Shown here: positions 38,095-48,010 of the stretch, one piece after another
Layout: the number at the start of each line of letters is the position of its first letter
Position numbering within the stretch: the stretch's first letter is position 1
Assembly: GCA_038065655.1 (NCBI GenBank)
Contig: JBBTQO010000015.1
Span: 1 to 48,010 of the forward strand
DNA from: Patescibacteria group bacterium
Lineage (GTDB): Bacteria > Patescibacteriota > Minisyncoccia > Phycocordibacterales > WO2-35-19
DNA length: 48,010 nt
Direction of reading: 5' to 3'
Program-made: the position numbers and the translations under genes
Notes under the pieces: generated by a model
What the model was told of the DNA's origin: nothing
Databases searched by the model: none
The model's input: only the letters and a program-made list of their open reading frames with translations

Positions 38095-39249
38095 TTATTT
38101 TGTATCAACTTTAGGAATAAAAAGCAAACCAAGGAGGGTGAAGGTGGCTAGGAAGTAGAATGAGGCAGAATATGAGAAAAAGTAAACAATTGGCCAAGCG
38201 ATAAGCGGGGCCAAAACATAGGCAAATGAGCGAACCATACGGAAGACACTTATTTCACTCACATCTTTTTCCTTAACATGTTTGAAAAAATAAGTTTCGC
38301 TGGCTATTTCTACCAAACTAGCGCCGACACGAGTAGCAAAAAGGACGATTGCCCAAATCCAAAAGACAGGAGCAGAAATGGTTGGAATCAAAAAAGTAGT
38401 GACAGACATTATTATAAATCCTACTATTAAAATTTCTTTCTCGCCAATTTTTTTATCAGCTAAAAAGCCAGCTGGCCACTGGAAAAGCAAAAACGGCAAA
38501 AGCATTATGGTGAGCATTAAACCGATTTTATCCCAGCCGAAACCTATTTGTTTGCTCAATAGTAGTGGGAGATAAATAACCATCCAAGAATAAAAAAAGT
38601 TGAGAACAAACTGAACGAGTGCGATTCTGAGTTGGTCTTTGACTTTCCACAAAAGTTTAAAACCAGAAAATATTTTGATTTTAGCTGGGTCGGTATTTTT
38701 CATATTTTTAAATGATAGGCCAACTATCGGCAACAAAATAATCATGGCTAACCCTGCCAAAAGATACACTTGGCTAAAATCATTTTGGATTATGAGTATA
38801 GTTAATGCCAAGGGAGATATAATCCAAGCGATATTTGAAAAAGTTAAGAGTGCACCTCGTTTATTACCAGTGGTGCTTTCAATCTTTGTCTCCTGTTCGA
38901 GACAGAGATCAAGCCAAAAATATAATACCGAAGCGAAAGCTAATTGAATAATAAAAAAGAGGATAATGAGCGGGGCGGAATTCAAAAATCCCATTCCCAT
39001 AATCGCCAGTATTTCAATCACAATAAAAAAAAGAAAAGACGAAATATTGCCGTAGCGTCTTAAAAGAAAAGGTGCTAAAAGAAGCAGGCAAATATCTAAG
39101 AGAGAACCGACGATATATAAAACATTTAATGTTCCTATACTGACAAATTGCCCTAAAAGCGAAGAGTTAACATAAGAGATTAAGGCAAAATGGGCGGACA
39201 TCAAAAATCCCATTAAATAAACAGTCCTCAATCTCCCTTTTGAATTCAT
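38095..39249 (-). CDS. MFS transporter
   Basis: About 12 TM segments; GFLADKKIGEK loop motif. Confidence 0.9.
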   Translation of the reverse strand: MNSKGRLRTVYLMGFLMSAHFALISYVNSSLLGQFVSIGTLNVLYIVGSLLDICLLLLAPFLLRRYGNISSFLFFIVIEILAIMGMGFLNSAPLIILFFIIQLAFASVLYFWLDLCLEQETKIESTTGNKRGALLTFSNIAWIISPLALTILIIQNDFSQVYLLAGLAMIILLPIVGLSFKNMKNTDPAKIKIFSGFKLLWKVKDQLRIALVQFVLNFFYSWMVIYLPLLLSKQIGFGWDKIGLMLTIMLLPFLLFQWPAGFLADKKIGEKEILIVGFIIMSVTTFLIPTISAPVFWIWAIVLFATRVGASLVEIASETYFFKHVKEKDVSEISVFRMVRSFAYVLAPLIAWPIVYFFSYSASFYFLATFTLLGLLFIPKVDTK

Positions 39250-39286
39250 ATCTTTATTCTACCTGAAAATACTTAAATTCCAAATG

Positions 39287-39311
39287 AAAAGCCGCTGGTG
39301 AGGCGGCTTTT
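39287..39311 (-). terminator. intrinsic terminator
   Basis: AAAAGCCGC / GCGGCTTTT. Confidence 0.8.
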
Positions 39312-39325
39312 GGTGGGTGAGATTG

Positions 39326-39901
39326 CTAGCGCGTAAATCGAAGCGCCTCTTCTCTTGCCGTGTTTAGCTCAATCATCCTTTCGTGACTACCTCCACGGTC
39401 TGGATGGCTATACATCGCAAGTCTCTTAAACTCTCTCTCTACCATTTCCTTAGTGACTCTCCCTGAGCCACTAAATCCGAAGATCTCTCTCCACGTCTTT
39501 TTCTTTTCTTGACGCGGTGGTGGAGGGGGTGGGGGCGGAGGCGACGACCATCGTGGGCGAAACCTAGTTCTCTGTTGCCGTGGCTCACGGTTTCTTTCGC
39601 GATGGACTCTGCTTTTTAATAGCTCTGCCTCCATCGCCACATAGTCGATCTGGTAGACCCAGGTTGCTATTCTAAGGACTTGAGACATATTTTCGACAAA
39701 GTACAAAACGTCTCCAAGTTTTGGAAATGTTGTCTCGTGCTCCATAACAAAAATGATGTCATCGTTTTCGTTTATATAAAGGCCGCCGTAGTCATTGAAG
39801 TGAAAGAAGTATTGAAACCTAGTTCTCTCATCTTCCACGAATCCGAACCTTCTTTGGTGGTTTATGTTTACCACCCTACCCTGCTTGTACTGCTGATGCA
39901 T
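39326..39901 (-). CDS. cold-shock-like OB domain + poly-Pro linker + J-domain-like protein
   Basis: GRVVNINHQRRFGFV..YFFHFND; SSP9R linker; FKRLAMYSHPDRGGS..MIELNTAR. Confidence 0.75.
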   Translation of the reverse strand: MHQQYKQGRVVNINHQRRFGFVEDERTRFQYFFHFNDYGGLYINENDDIIFVMEHETTFPKLGDVLYFVENMSQVLRIATWVYQIDYVAMEAELLKSRVHRERNREPRQQRTRFRPRWSSPPPPPPPPPRQEKKKTWREIFGFSGSGRVTKEMVEREFKRLAMYSHPDRGGSHERMIELNTAREEALRFTR

Positions 39902-39979
39902 TGATTTCTCTTTCTCCTGTCTACAACCGGCGACAGGCTACCGTGTCTATTTGCATTATAGCAAATTACAATGCTTTTG

Positions 39980-41896
39980 TCAAACCCCTAAGATTACTGG
40001 GATGACGATGGGACGTTTGGCAGTTTTTTGGAAGAGGAAACGGGCGACAGTATCGGTGACATTGTTTTTGATGAAATCAAAATTGATTGGGCGCATACCT
40101 CGAGTATCATCCTCAATTGATTTTTTGATAATAAGACGGGTCTGCCCTAACAATTCCTGAGATTCTCGTAAGTAAACAAAACCGCGAGAAATAAGATCTG
40201 GAGATTTTTTTAATTTACCATTTTTTAAATCAATAATAGCAACAATAACAAACATACCGTCATCAGCAAGCATCTTTCTGTCTCGCATCACTACCTCTTG
40301 GACATCAGAGACGGCAAAACCATCTACCATAACCGGTGAAGATGGAGCAGTTTGTTTTAAGAGAACAATTTTTTCGCCTTTATCCTGAATTTCTATAATG
40401 CTGCCGTTGTCGGGGACGATGATATTTTTTTCAGGCATACCAATAGTCTGAGCCAGTTCCTCGTGCACTCGAAGCATATAATGATTACCATGTATCGGAA
40501 TAAAAAATTTTGGTTTTATTTTTTTGTGAAGCCATTCCAACTCACCACGATTGCCGTGGCCGGTAGAGTGGATGTAAACATCAGAAGTACGGTAGTGAAT
40601 TATTTTAGCTCCTTGTCTGGCTAAATTATCTTTTAATTTTTGGACGGCTCTTTCGTTGCCGGGGATAATAGAAGAAGAAAGCAAAACAGTATCTCTTTTA
40701 CCAATTTTTATATATTTATGACTTTTGTTGGAGATACGCATAAGAGCCGCAAATTCATCACCTTGGGCGCCGGTCGCTAATATAACCACTCTGTCAGGCG
40801 GATAAATATCCATATTTTCTACCGTTACAATGGTATCTTTTTTCACTTTCAATCGGCCCAGTGACATTACTATTTCAATGTTTTGCTTCATACTTCTGCC
40901 TTCTACTACCACCTTTTTGCCACACCTCTCCGCCGCTTCAATAATGGCGATTACTCTCTCTAATTGGGAAGCGAAGGTACCGATAATAAGTCGGCGCTTG
41001 GTGTTTCTTATAATTTCTTCTAAGTTTTGGCAGACCAGCTTTTCGGGAGTGGAAAATCCGGGGTTGTCCACGTTGGTTGAATCCATCATAAGTAAAAGCA
41101 CTTTTTCTTTTTCAAATCTTTTGTATTCCTCTACCTCTCTTTCGGTTGGGATACCGTTTTCGTGTTCAAGCTTAATATCTCCCGGAGTGACGATGTCACC
41201 ATAAGGAGTTTCTATGATAATACCCATCGCATCAGGAATAGTGTGAGTAACATTGAAAAATCTAATTTTTAATTTACCCAAAACAATTACATCCTCTTTT
41301 TCTACAACTTTTATATCAAGGGGGGGCAAGTGAGGAAATTCTTCCTGCCTCTTTTTTATCATAATGGTAGTTAAAGCTCTAGAGTAAATTGGGGGGTTAC
41401 CAATACGGTACATTATGTAAGGAATTCCACCAATATGGTCTAAGTGTCCGTGAGTGATAACTACGCCTCTTATTTTTTCTTTTCTCTCTTCAAGATATTT
41501 GGTATTAGGTAAAATATAATCTACTCCTGGAGTATCCTCATCTTTAAATTGAAAACCAGCATCAATTATTAAAATATCATCACCAATTTCAATTGCTGTC
41601 ATATTTTTACCAATTTCTTCTACGCCCCCGAGAGGAATAATTCTTATGTTTTCAAGAACCTTTGGTAAAGAAAGAGTTTCAGTAGTTTTCTTGGCCACTT
41701 TTTGATTTTCGGCGTGACCAAATCTGGAATTTGAATTTATAAAACGCTTACGAGAAAACAACCCAGCGCTTTTTTGAGGTTTTGATGTTGAAGAACGATT
41801 TAAAGAAAGCCTCGCTGAATTTATCTCCGTTCTCAGTTTTTCTGGGGCATGGAAGCTCCTTATCCTATTTCTATTTTTATTTTGTTCAATCATCAT
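39980..41896 (-). CDS. rnj: ribonuclease J
   Basis: IPLGGVEEIGKN, THGHLDHIGG, HTIPD, DSTN, HSTGH, PIHG. Confidence 0.97.
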   Translation of the reverse strand: MMIEQNKNRNRIRSFHAPEKLRTEINSARLSLNRSSTSKPQKSAGLFSRKRFINSNSRFGHAENQKVAKKTTETLSLPKVLENIRIIPLGGVEEIGKNMTAIEIGDDILIIDAGFQFKDEDTPGVDYILPNTKYLEERKEKIRGVVITHGHLDHIGGIPYIMYRIGNPPIYSRALTTIMIKKRQEEFPHLPPLDIKVVEKEDVIVLGKLKIRFFNVTHTIPDAMGIIIETPYGDIVTPGDIKLEHENGIPTEREVEEYKRFEKEKVLLLMMDSTNVDNPGFSTPEKLVCQNLEEIIRNTKRRLIIGTFASQLERVIAIIEAAERCGKKVVVEGRSMKQNIEIVMSLGRLKVKKDTIVTVENMDIYPPDRVVILATGAQGDEFAALMRISNKSHKYIKIGKRDTVLLSSSIIPGNERAVQKLKDNLARQGAKIIHYRTSDVYIHSTGHGNRGELEWLHKKIKPKFFIPIHGNHYMLRVHEELAQTIGMPEKNIIVPDNGSIIEIQDKGEKIVLLKQTAPSSPVMVDGFAVSDVQEVVMRDRKMLADDGMFVIVAIIDLKNGKLKKSPDLISRGFVYLRESQELLGQTRLIIKKSIEDDTRGMRPINFDFIKNNVTDTVARFLFQKTAKRPIVIPVILGV

Positions 41897-41898
41897 AT

Positions 41899-43647
41899 TT
41901 AATTAGCAAAAATTTTCCAAACTTTGTCTGTTTCTATAAACCATTTATCAACAAAGAGAAATCTCTCGTTTTGGAAAGCCACATCTTTTGATAATATATT
42001 TTTCACTTTAGGAGCTGACGTATATAAGGAATAAGGTGAAAATAAAAAGATAGCCGGAATATCCTTTTTAATTTCAACTAAAATAGTTTCTTTTTTTTGG
42101 TTCTTCTCTCCATCAGATATTTCTTTTTGAATTTCTTCCAACATTTTATCAACGGTTATATTGGTGTAAAGTGAAATATTAAGACCGGGGTCGTTTCTTT
42201 CTGAGGAATGCCAAAATGGGTAAAGATCGCTATCAGCTCCGACTACTTCTCCAAAAAGAAGAGCATCATATTTTCTTGATTTTATTATATTTTGACTTAA
42301 ATCACCGGCTTCAAAAATTTTTATTTCAATATCCGCTCCAATCTGACCCCAGCTTTCTTTCAAAATTTCAGCGGTTTTTTTGAGCTCTGGTGTGTCAGAA
42401 GTGGTAATAGAAAAGCGCAGGAGGGTGGTGCCAGTCTTCGTCTTTTTTTCCAAAATACCACTTTCATTTTCCTTCCAACCGTCATTTAGTAAAATGGATC
42501 TGGCTTCTTCAATATTCCCGTTTGCTTTTTTTGTATCGGTTTCGATTGAACTTGGGGTTGGTCCATTAATTACTCTACCAAAACCTGAAAGAACTTCATC
42601 TACAATTCTTTTTTTAGGAGTAGCCATATCAAGAGCCTCTCTGACTCCTTTATTTAGAAATACCGGAGCTAAGTTTTGGTTAAAGAATACTCCAAAAACT
42701 CTTGGTAATGCTGTCTGCATTACCAAATTTTTATCATCAATTATGTGCTTAGCGGCTATTTGACTTAGGCCGGCAACGCTATCAACTTCTTGATTGTTAT
42801 AAGCTTTGAGAAGAGCTGTCTCGTTTTGAAAAAATTTGAAGGAGATTGATTTTATTTTTGGTCGGCCGAGAGTATACTTATTCCAAGAAATAAGAGTAAT
42901 AGTTGTCGGTATCCCTCCGGAATTTCTAACAATTTTATCTACTTTATAAGGACCAGAACCAATAGGATTTATGTTGAATTCACTAAAAGGAAATTCTTCA
43001 GATGAAGCGTTTTCCCAAATATGTTTTGGTAATATGCCGATAGTCAAAGCGTTAAGAAAGGGGACATAAGGCTTACTCAAAGTAAATCTGATTTCTTTGT
43101 CACTTATTTTTTCTACCAAAACCCCTTCCCAGTTTGATTTCTTTGGACTTTTAATAACAGGATCCAATATTTTCCCAATCGTAAAAATAACATCGTCTGC
43201 AGTTATCGTTTTGTTGTCATGAAAATAGGCGTTATCTTTTATTATTATATTATAAATAGTACCATTACTGATTTCATAAGAACTAGCTAAATCTGGTTCA
43301 AAACTGCCGTTTTCTCCATTTTTCAAAAGACCGGAATATATAAGGGAAGAAAGGTCTTTATCAGTATCTGAAATTGCCAAGATTGGGTTTATAAAACGAG
43401 GAGAACCAACGAGTCCCTCTGTAAAGCTACCTCCAAAACTTGGTATTTCTACCAAAAATGAATTATTAAGATTAAATAAAAGGGTTAAACCGCTAATAAC
43501 AAAAACCAAAGATATAAGATAGAAAAATATTTTTTCTGAAATATTCATTCTGGCCACTATCTTCTCAATTTTTGTGATTAAATTAAAATGTCGAAAATCT
43601 ACAAAAAGAGTACTAAAAAAGGATACTATTTTGTTTTTAGGTTTCAT
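41899..43647 (-). CDS. peptide ABC transporter substrate-binding protein (family 5)
   Basis: GSPRFINP, LIYSGL, PDLA, ITADDVIFT, PIGSGPY, YPFWHSS. Confidence 0.9.
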   Translation of the reverse strand: MKPKNKIVSFFSTLFVDFRHFNLITKIEKIVARMNISEKIFFYLISLVFVISGLTLLFNLNNSFLVEIPSFGGSFTEGLVGSPRFINPILAISDTDKDLSSLIYSGLLKNGENGSFEPDLASSYEISNGTIYNIIIKDNAYFHDNKTITADDVIFTIGKILDPVIKSPKKSNWEGVLVEKISDKEIRFTLSKPYVPFLNALTIGILPKHIWENASSEEFPFSEFNINPIGSGPYKVDKIVRNSGGIPTTITLISWNKYTLGRPKIKSISFKFFQNETALLKAYNNQEVDSVAGLSQIAAKHIIDDKNLVMQTALPRVFGVFFNQNLAPVFLNKGVREALDMATPKKRIVDEVLSGFGRVINGPTPSSIETDTKKANGNIEEARSILLNDGWKENESGILEKKTKTGTTLLRFSITTSDTPELKKTAEILKESWGQIGADIEIKIFEAGDLSQNIIKSRKYDALLFGEVVGADSDLYPFWHSSERNDPGLNISLYTNITVDKMLEEIQKEISDGEKNQKKETILVEIKKDIPAIFLFSPYSLYTSAPKVKNILSKDVAFQNERFLFVDKWFIETDKVWKIFAN

Positions 43648-43712
43648 TAATTTTTAGGAACGGATAATATTAGAAAACTCAACCAAGATTATTTTAGAAT
43701 TTTATTTAAATT

Positions 43713-43925
43713 TTAGTATACCAAATTTATGAGAGTAGAAGCAACAAAAAGGCAAGCGATGATGATGGTTCCTCTAAAAATCCAAAGCTCTGGTCCGCGT
43801 CTAGTTCGGGAAGCGCTATCCATACCACTACCACCAAAAGCGGCGCCCAAAGAGCCTTCAGATTGCTGAACCAATATTAGCGCGCCCAACAAAACAGCTA
43901 GGATTATTTGGATATAGGACAACAT
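43713..43925 (-). CDS. secG: preprotein translocase subunit SecG
   Basis: ILVQQSEGSLGAAFGG..TRRG.E; two TM segments. Confidence 0.93.
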   Translation of the reverse strand: MLSYIQIILAVLLGALILVQQSEGSLGAAFGGSGMDSASRTRRGPELWIFRGTIIIACLFVASTLINLVY

Positions 43926-44058
43926 TACTTTATTGAAAATAAGTATAACATATCTGAAATTTCATGCAAATCATCATGGCTATCCAAAACTCTTGCAAAA
44001 ATACTAAAATATACTATAATGCTGGAGCTTTATTAAACAGTAATAATTTCATTAAAAT

Positions 44059-44424
44059 ATGAAAAAAACTATGAAAAAGAAGGCAAAAATCGTTAAGAAA
44101 AGTAAAAAAGTAAGCCCGAAGTCGGACTTCGGGATAAAGCCGTTGGGCGATAGGATTTTATTAAAACCAATTTCTGCTGATGAAATGAACACTACCTCTT
44201 CAGGTATTATTATTCCCGAAACTGTCAGTAAAGAAAAACCAGAACAAGGCATCGTTATTGCTGTCGGTGATGGCAAATGGGATGATAGCGTTAAAGTACC
44301 GATGTCAGTAAAAGTGGGTGATAAAGTGGTTTTTTCAAGATATGGCTATGATGAAGTTAAATTAGATGGAGAGGAATATTATATTTTAAAAGAAGAAAAC
44401 ATATTAGCAGTAATAAAGAACTAA
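44059..44424 (+). CDS. groES: co-chaperonin GroES (Lys-rich N-terminal extension)
   Basis: IKPLGDRIL, SGIIIPET..KEKP, VKVGDKV, ILAVI. Confidence 0.96.
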   Translation: MKKTMKKKAKIVKKSKKVSPKSDFGIKPLGDRILLKPISADEMNTTSSGIIIPETVSKEKPEQGIVIAVGDGKWDDSVKVPMSVKVGDKVVFSRYGYDEVKLDGEEYYILKEENILAVIKN

Positions 44425-46074
<1,650 letters not shown>

Positions 46075-46083
46075 ATAATAACG

Positions 46084-46160
46084 CCCCCCAAACCCCCTCT
46101 TAAATTAAGAGGGGGGCTTCCGGAAACCCTCTCTTGTTGTAAGAGAGGGTAGGGTGAGTT
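46084..46160. repeat. tandem CCCTCT..AGAGGG hairpins (REP-like; may also terminate groEL)
   Basis: CCCCCTCTTAA-A-TTAAGAGGGGG and ACCCTCTCTT..AAGAGAGGGT; related to the gatA insert at 19081-19129. Confidence 0.75.
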
Positions 46161-46232
46161 ATTTCCCATTTCCAAAAAATGGCTCTACAAAGCCATTTTT
46201 TGACATATAAAAAAAGAAAATGCAAAAAAGGG

Positions 46233-46260
46233 TTGACAGATTCTGCAGGTTTGCTATAAT
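46233..46260 (+). promoter_or_regulatory. strong sigma70 promoter
   Basis: TTGACA 46233-46238, 16 nt, extended TGCTATAAT ending at 46260. Confidence 0.85.
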
Positions 46261-46266
46261 GTATAT

Positions 46267-46616
46267 CAGATTAACGCGTTGATCGCATCGCGACAGGTGG
46301 GCGAATGTTCCATCTGTGTCACCAAACCAAACTCAAACCAAAAGAATGAGGGTGAGCAGTTCGAGATCGCAATCGAAATGTCAGTTGTGGACTGTCTGCG
46401 ATGCTGTTGTGTGATGCTGACAAGGAGTTTTCCGCCAATTGAGCAGAGAAACAGTAGAGTTCTGTTCAAAAGGAAAGGAAGATAATCCTTCTCGTCGGCG
46501 CGAGCGCCGGCCGCCGGGGGCTACCATCACGCCCCCGACGCGCTGGTCAGTGTAGATAGACCGCGTTCCAACCGACCGCCAGCATAGCCTCAGAGGCAGT
46601 GGCGGTCTTTCTTTTT
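46267..46616 (+). ncRNA. candidate ~345-nt structured ncRNA of unknown class
   Basis: Promoter, multiple helices, paired ends and terminator 46574-46616; GC-rich; no convincing ORF. Confidence 0.6.
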
Positions 46617-46658
46617 ATAAGATATAATATCATTAATTAGTAATAACTTTAAAATCAT

Positions 46659-47213
46659 ATGACATTTTCAATAGTTATTTTGGTATTAGTGGTGGTGGCT
46701 GTACTTTGGTTTATTTTTGCTTATAACAAATTTATTCGTCTTATTACTCGGGCCAAAGAAGCCTGGAGTGATATTGAAGTGCAAATGAAGCGTCGTTATG
46801 ACCTTATTCCAAATTTAGTAAATACAGTTAAAGGTTATGCCACTCACGAATCAACCGCTTTTGAAAACGTAACTAAAGCTCGGGCTATGGCGATGGGTGC
46901 TGGCACTTTAGATGAAAAAGCCGGAGCGGAAAATATGCTCAGCAACGCTTTAAAATCTCTTTTTGCAGTTGCTGAAGCTTATCCAGATTTGAAAGCTAAC
47001 CAAAATTTTTTGGAATTACAAAGAGAACTTTCTGATACTGAAAACAAAATCCAAGCCGCTCGCCGATTTTACAATACCAACGTTCGCGATTTGAATATTG
47101 CCACCGACACCTTTCCCTCAAACTTTGTGGCCAAAACATTTAATTTTTCTAAAATGGAATTTTTTGGTTTAGATAATGAAGTCGCTCGCGAACCAGTTAA
47201 GGTACAGTTTTAA
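46659..47213 (+). CDS. lemA: LemA family protein
   Basis: AWSDIEVQMKRRYDLIPNLV, AEAYPDLKANQNF, ENKIQAARRFYN. Confidence 0.96.
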   Translation: MTFSIVILVLVVVAVLWFIFAYNKFIRLITRAKEAWSDIEVQMKRRYDLIPNLVNTVKGYATHESTAFENVTKARAMAMGAGTLDEKAGAENMLSNALKSLFAVAEAYPDLKANQNFLELQRELSDTENKIQAARRFYNTNVRDLNIATDTFPSNFVAKTFNFSKMEFFGLDNEVAREPVKVQF

Positions 47214-47218
47214 AAAAT

Positions 47219-47455
47219 ATGGATAAAAAAGTAATTATATATTCAACGCCGACTTGTCACTTTTGCCACTTAGCCAAAGATTTTTTTAATGAAAAGGGGA
47301 TTGCTTACACCGAATATGATGTTTTAGCCGACATGGATAAAAGGAAGGAAATGTTTGATAAGACTGGTCAGATGGGTGTGCCAGTTATTATGATTGATGG
47401 GCAAACTATTGTTGGTTTTGACCAACCGCAAATTTCTTCACTTTTAGGGATATAA
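47219..47455 (+). CDS. glutaredoxin-like (NrdH/YruB type)
   Basis: IYSTPTCHFC, GQMGVPVI, VGFD. Confidence 0.93.
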   Translation: MDKKVIIYSTPTCHFCHLAKDFFNEKGIAYTEYDVLADMDKRKEMFDKTGQMGVPVIMIDGQTIVGFDQPQISSLLGI

Positions 47456-47533
47456 AAAGAAAGAAGCTATTTCATTCTTTCTTTTCCATTTCTTCTTGCG
47501 GGAGGGAACTGGAATGAGTTATAATACTCACAT

Positions 47534-47785
47534 ATGCAACCGGAAGAAAAAGAAATGCTCAAAAAGACTCTTGAACTCGCCCAAGAGAACAATAAAATGT
47601 TGCACGCTCTCAGGCGTTCAATGTTTTGGGGTAGGGTAATGAGAGGGGTTTATTGGGTTATTATATTAGGTGTGGCTGTTGGGATTTATTACTACATAGA
47701 GCCATATCTTGATAGCGCCGTTAACGCTTATGGTAATGTTAAAGGAGATTTAAAGAGCTTTAGTGACCTGTTCAAACCGAATTGA
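47534..47785 (+). CDS. hypothetical membrane protein
   Basis: ENNKMLHALRR followed by a TM helix and IEPY. Confidence 0.75.
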   Translation: MQPEEKEMLKKTLELAQENNKMLHALRRSMFWGRVMRGVYWVIILGVAVGIYYYIEPYLDSAVNAYGNVKGDLKSFSDLFKPN

Positions 47786-47825
47786 AAAATTAAAAATTTA
47801 GTGTAGGATTTAAGAAGTTCATACT

Positions 47826-47901
47826 GCCTAGGTAGCTCAGTTGGTAGAGCATTCCCCTGAAGAGGGAAGGGTCGGCGGTTCGAGCCCGCCCCTAGGCACC
47901 A
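47826..47901 (+). tRNA. tRNA-Phe(GAA) with encoded CCA
   Basis: GCCTAGG/CCTAGGC stem, TTCCC-CTGAAGA-GGGAA arm, ACCA end. Confidence 0.95.
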
Positions 47902-48010
47902 CAATCAAACTTTCGGGAATTTTGCCGATTGATTCGGCCGCGCGAAGCGCGGCAGAGAACGGAAACACTGGCTCGCCACGCACGGCGCGGCTCGCCAAGC
48001 GCAGGTTCGA

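Noticed and set aside
43930-44058. CIRCE/HrcA operator upstream of groES
   Set aside because: No TTAGCACTC-N9-GAGTGCTAA present.
46266-46485. Cys-rich ORFs 46279-46485 (+) and 46266-46469 (-) as proteins
   Set aside because: The + ORF has a TTG start without RBS, neither shows a family motif, and extensive base-pairing explains the region better; a short peptide is not fully excluded.
46267-46616. RNase P RNA or tmRNA assignment
   Set aside because: Size fits, but the universal P4 sequences and tRNA-like termini are not visible.

Overview
AT-rich bacterial chromosomal segment. Gene content and style suggest Patescibacteria (CPR, probably Parcubacteria); this is inference. The core backbone is the 3' part of rplE, comF, a type IV pilus/competence locus (pilM-N-O-P-like, pilB, a receiver-domain protein, pilT, pilC, two pilins, pilD, four minor pilins), ligA, gatCA, mscL, prfB, ftsEX, pyrG, dsbA, an MFS transporter, rnj, an oppA-like gene, secG, groES-EL, lemA, a glutaredoxin and seven tRNAs. 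Accessory material includes: (i) a REP-associated Y1 transposase (RAYT) flanked by its own palindromes, with several palindrome families dispersed through the window and inserted in frame in housekeeping genes and pilin leaders; (ii) an antitoxin-less PemK/MazF-like gene facing a ~55-nt convergent small-RNA unit (promoter, cUUCGg hairpin, terminator); (iii) a degenerate island at tRNA-Asp, bounded by a 17-bp att-like repeat, carrying a divergent SAM halogenase/hydrolase (DUF62) homolog convergent with a HisRS-like paralog; (iv) a ~345-nt promoter- and terminator-bounded, highly structured putative ncRNA after groEL and a ~100-nt one after tRNA-Gln; (v) stand-alone GC-richer gene cassettes, including a beta-barrel-like secreted protein and a cold-shock-domain/J-domain fusion; (vi) a Phd-RelE module between 16-bp direct repeats, plus several pseudogenes. 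All calls come from motif recognition by eye; no database searches were run.
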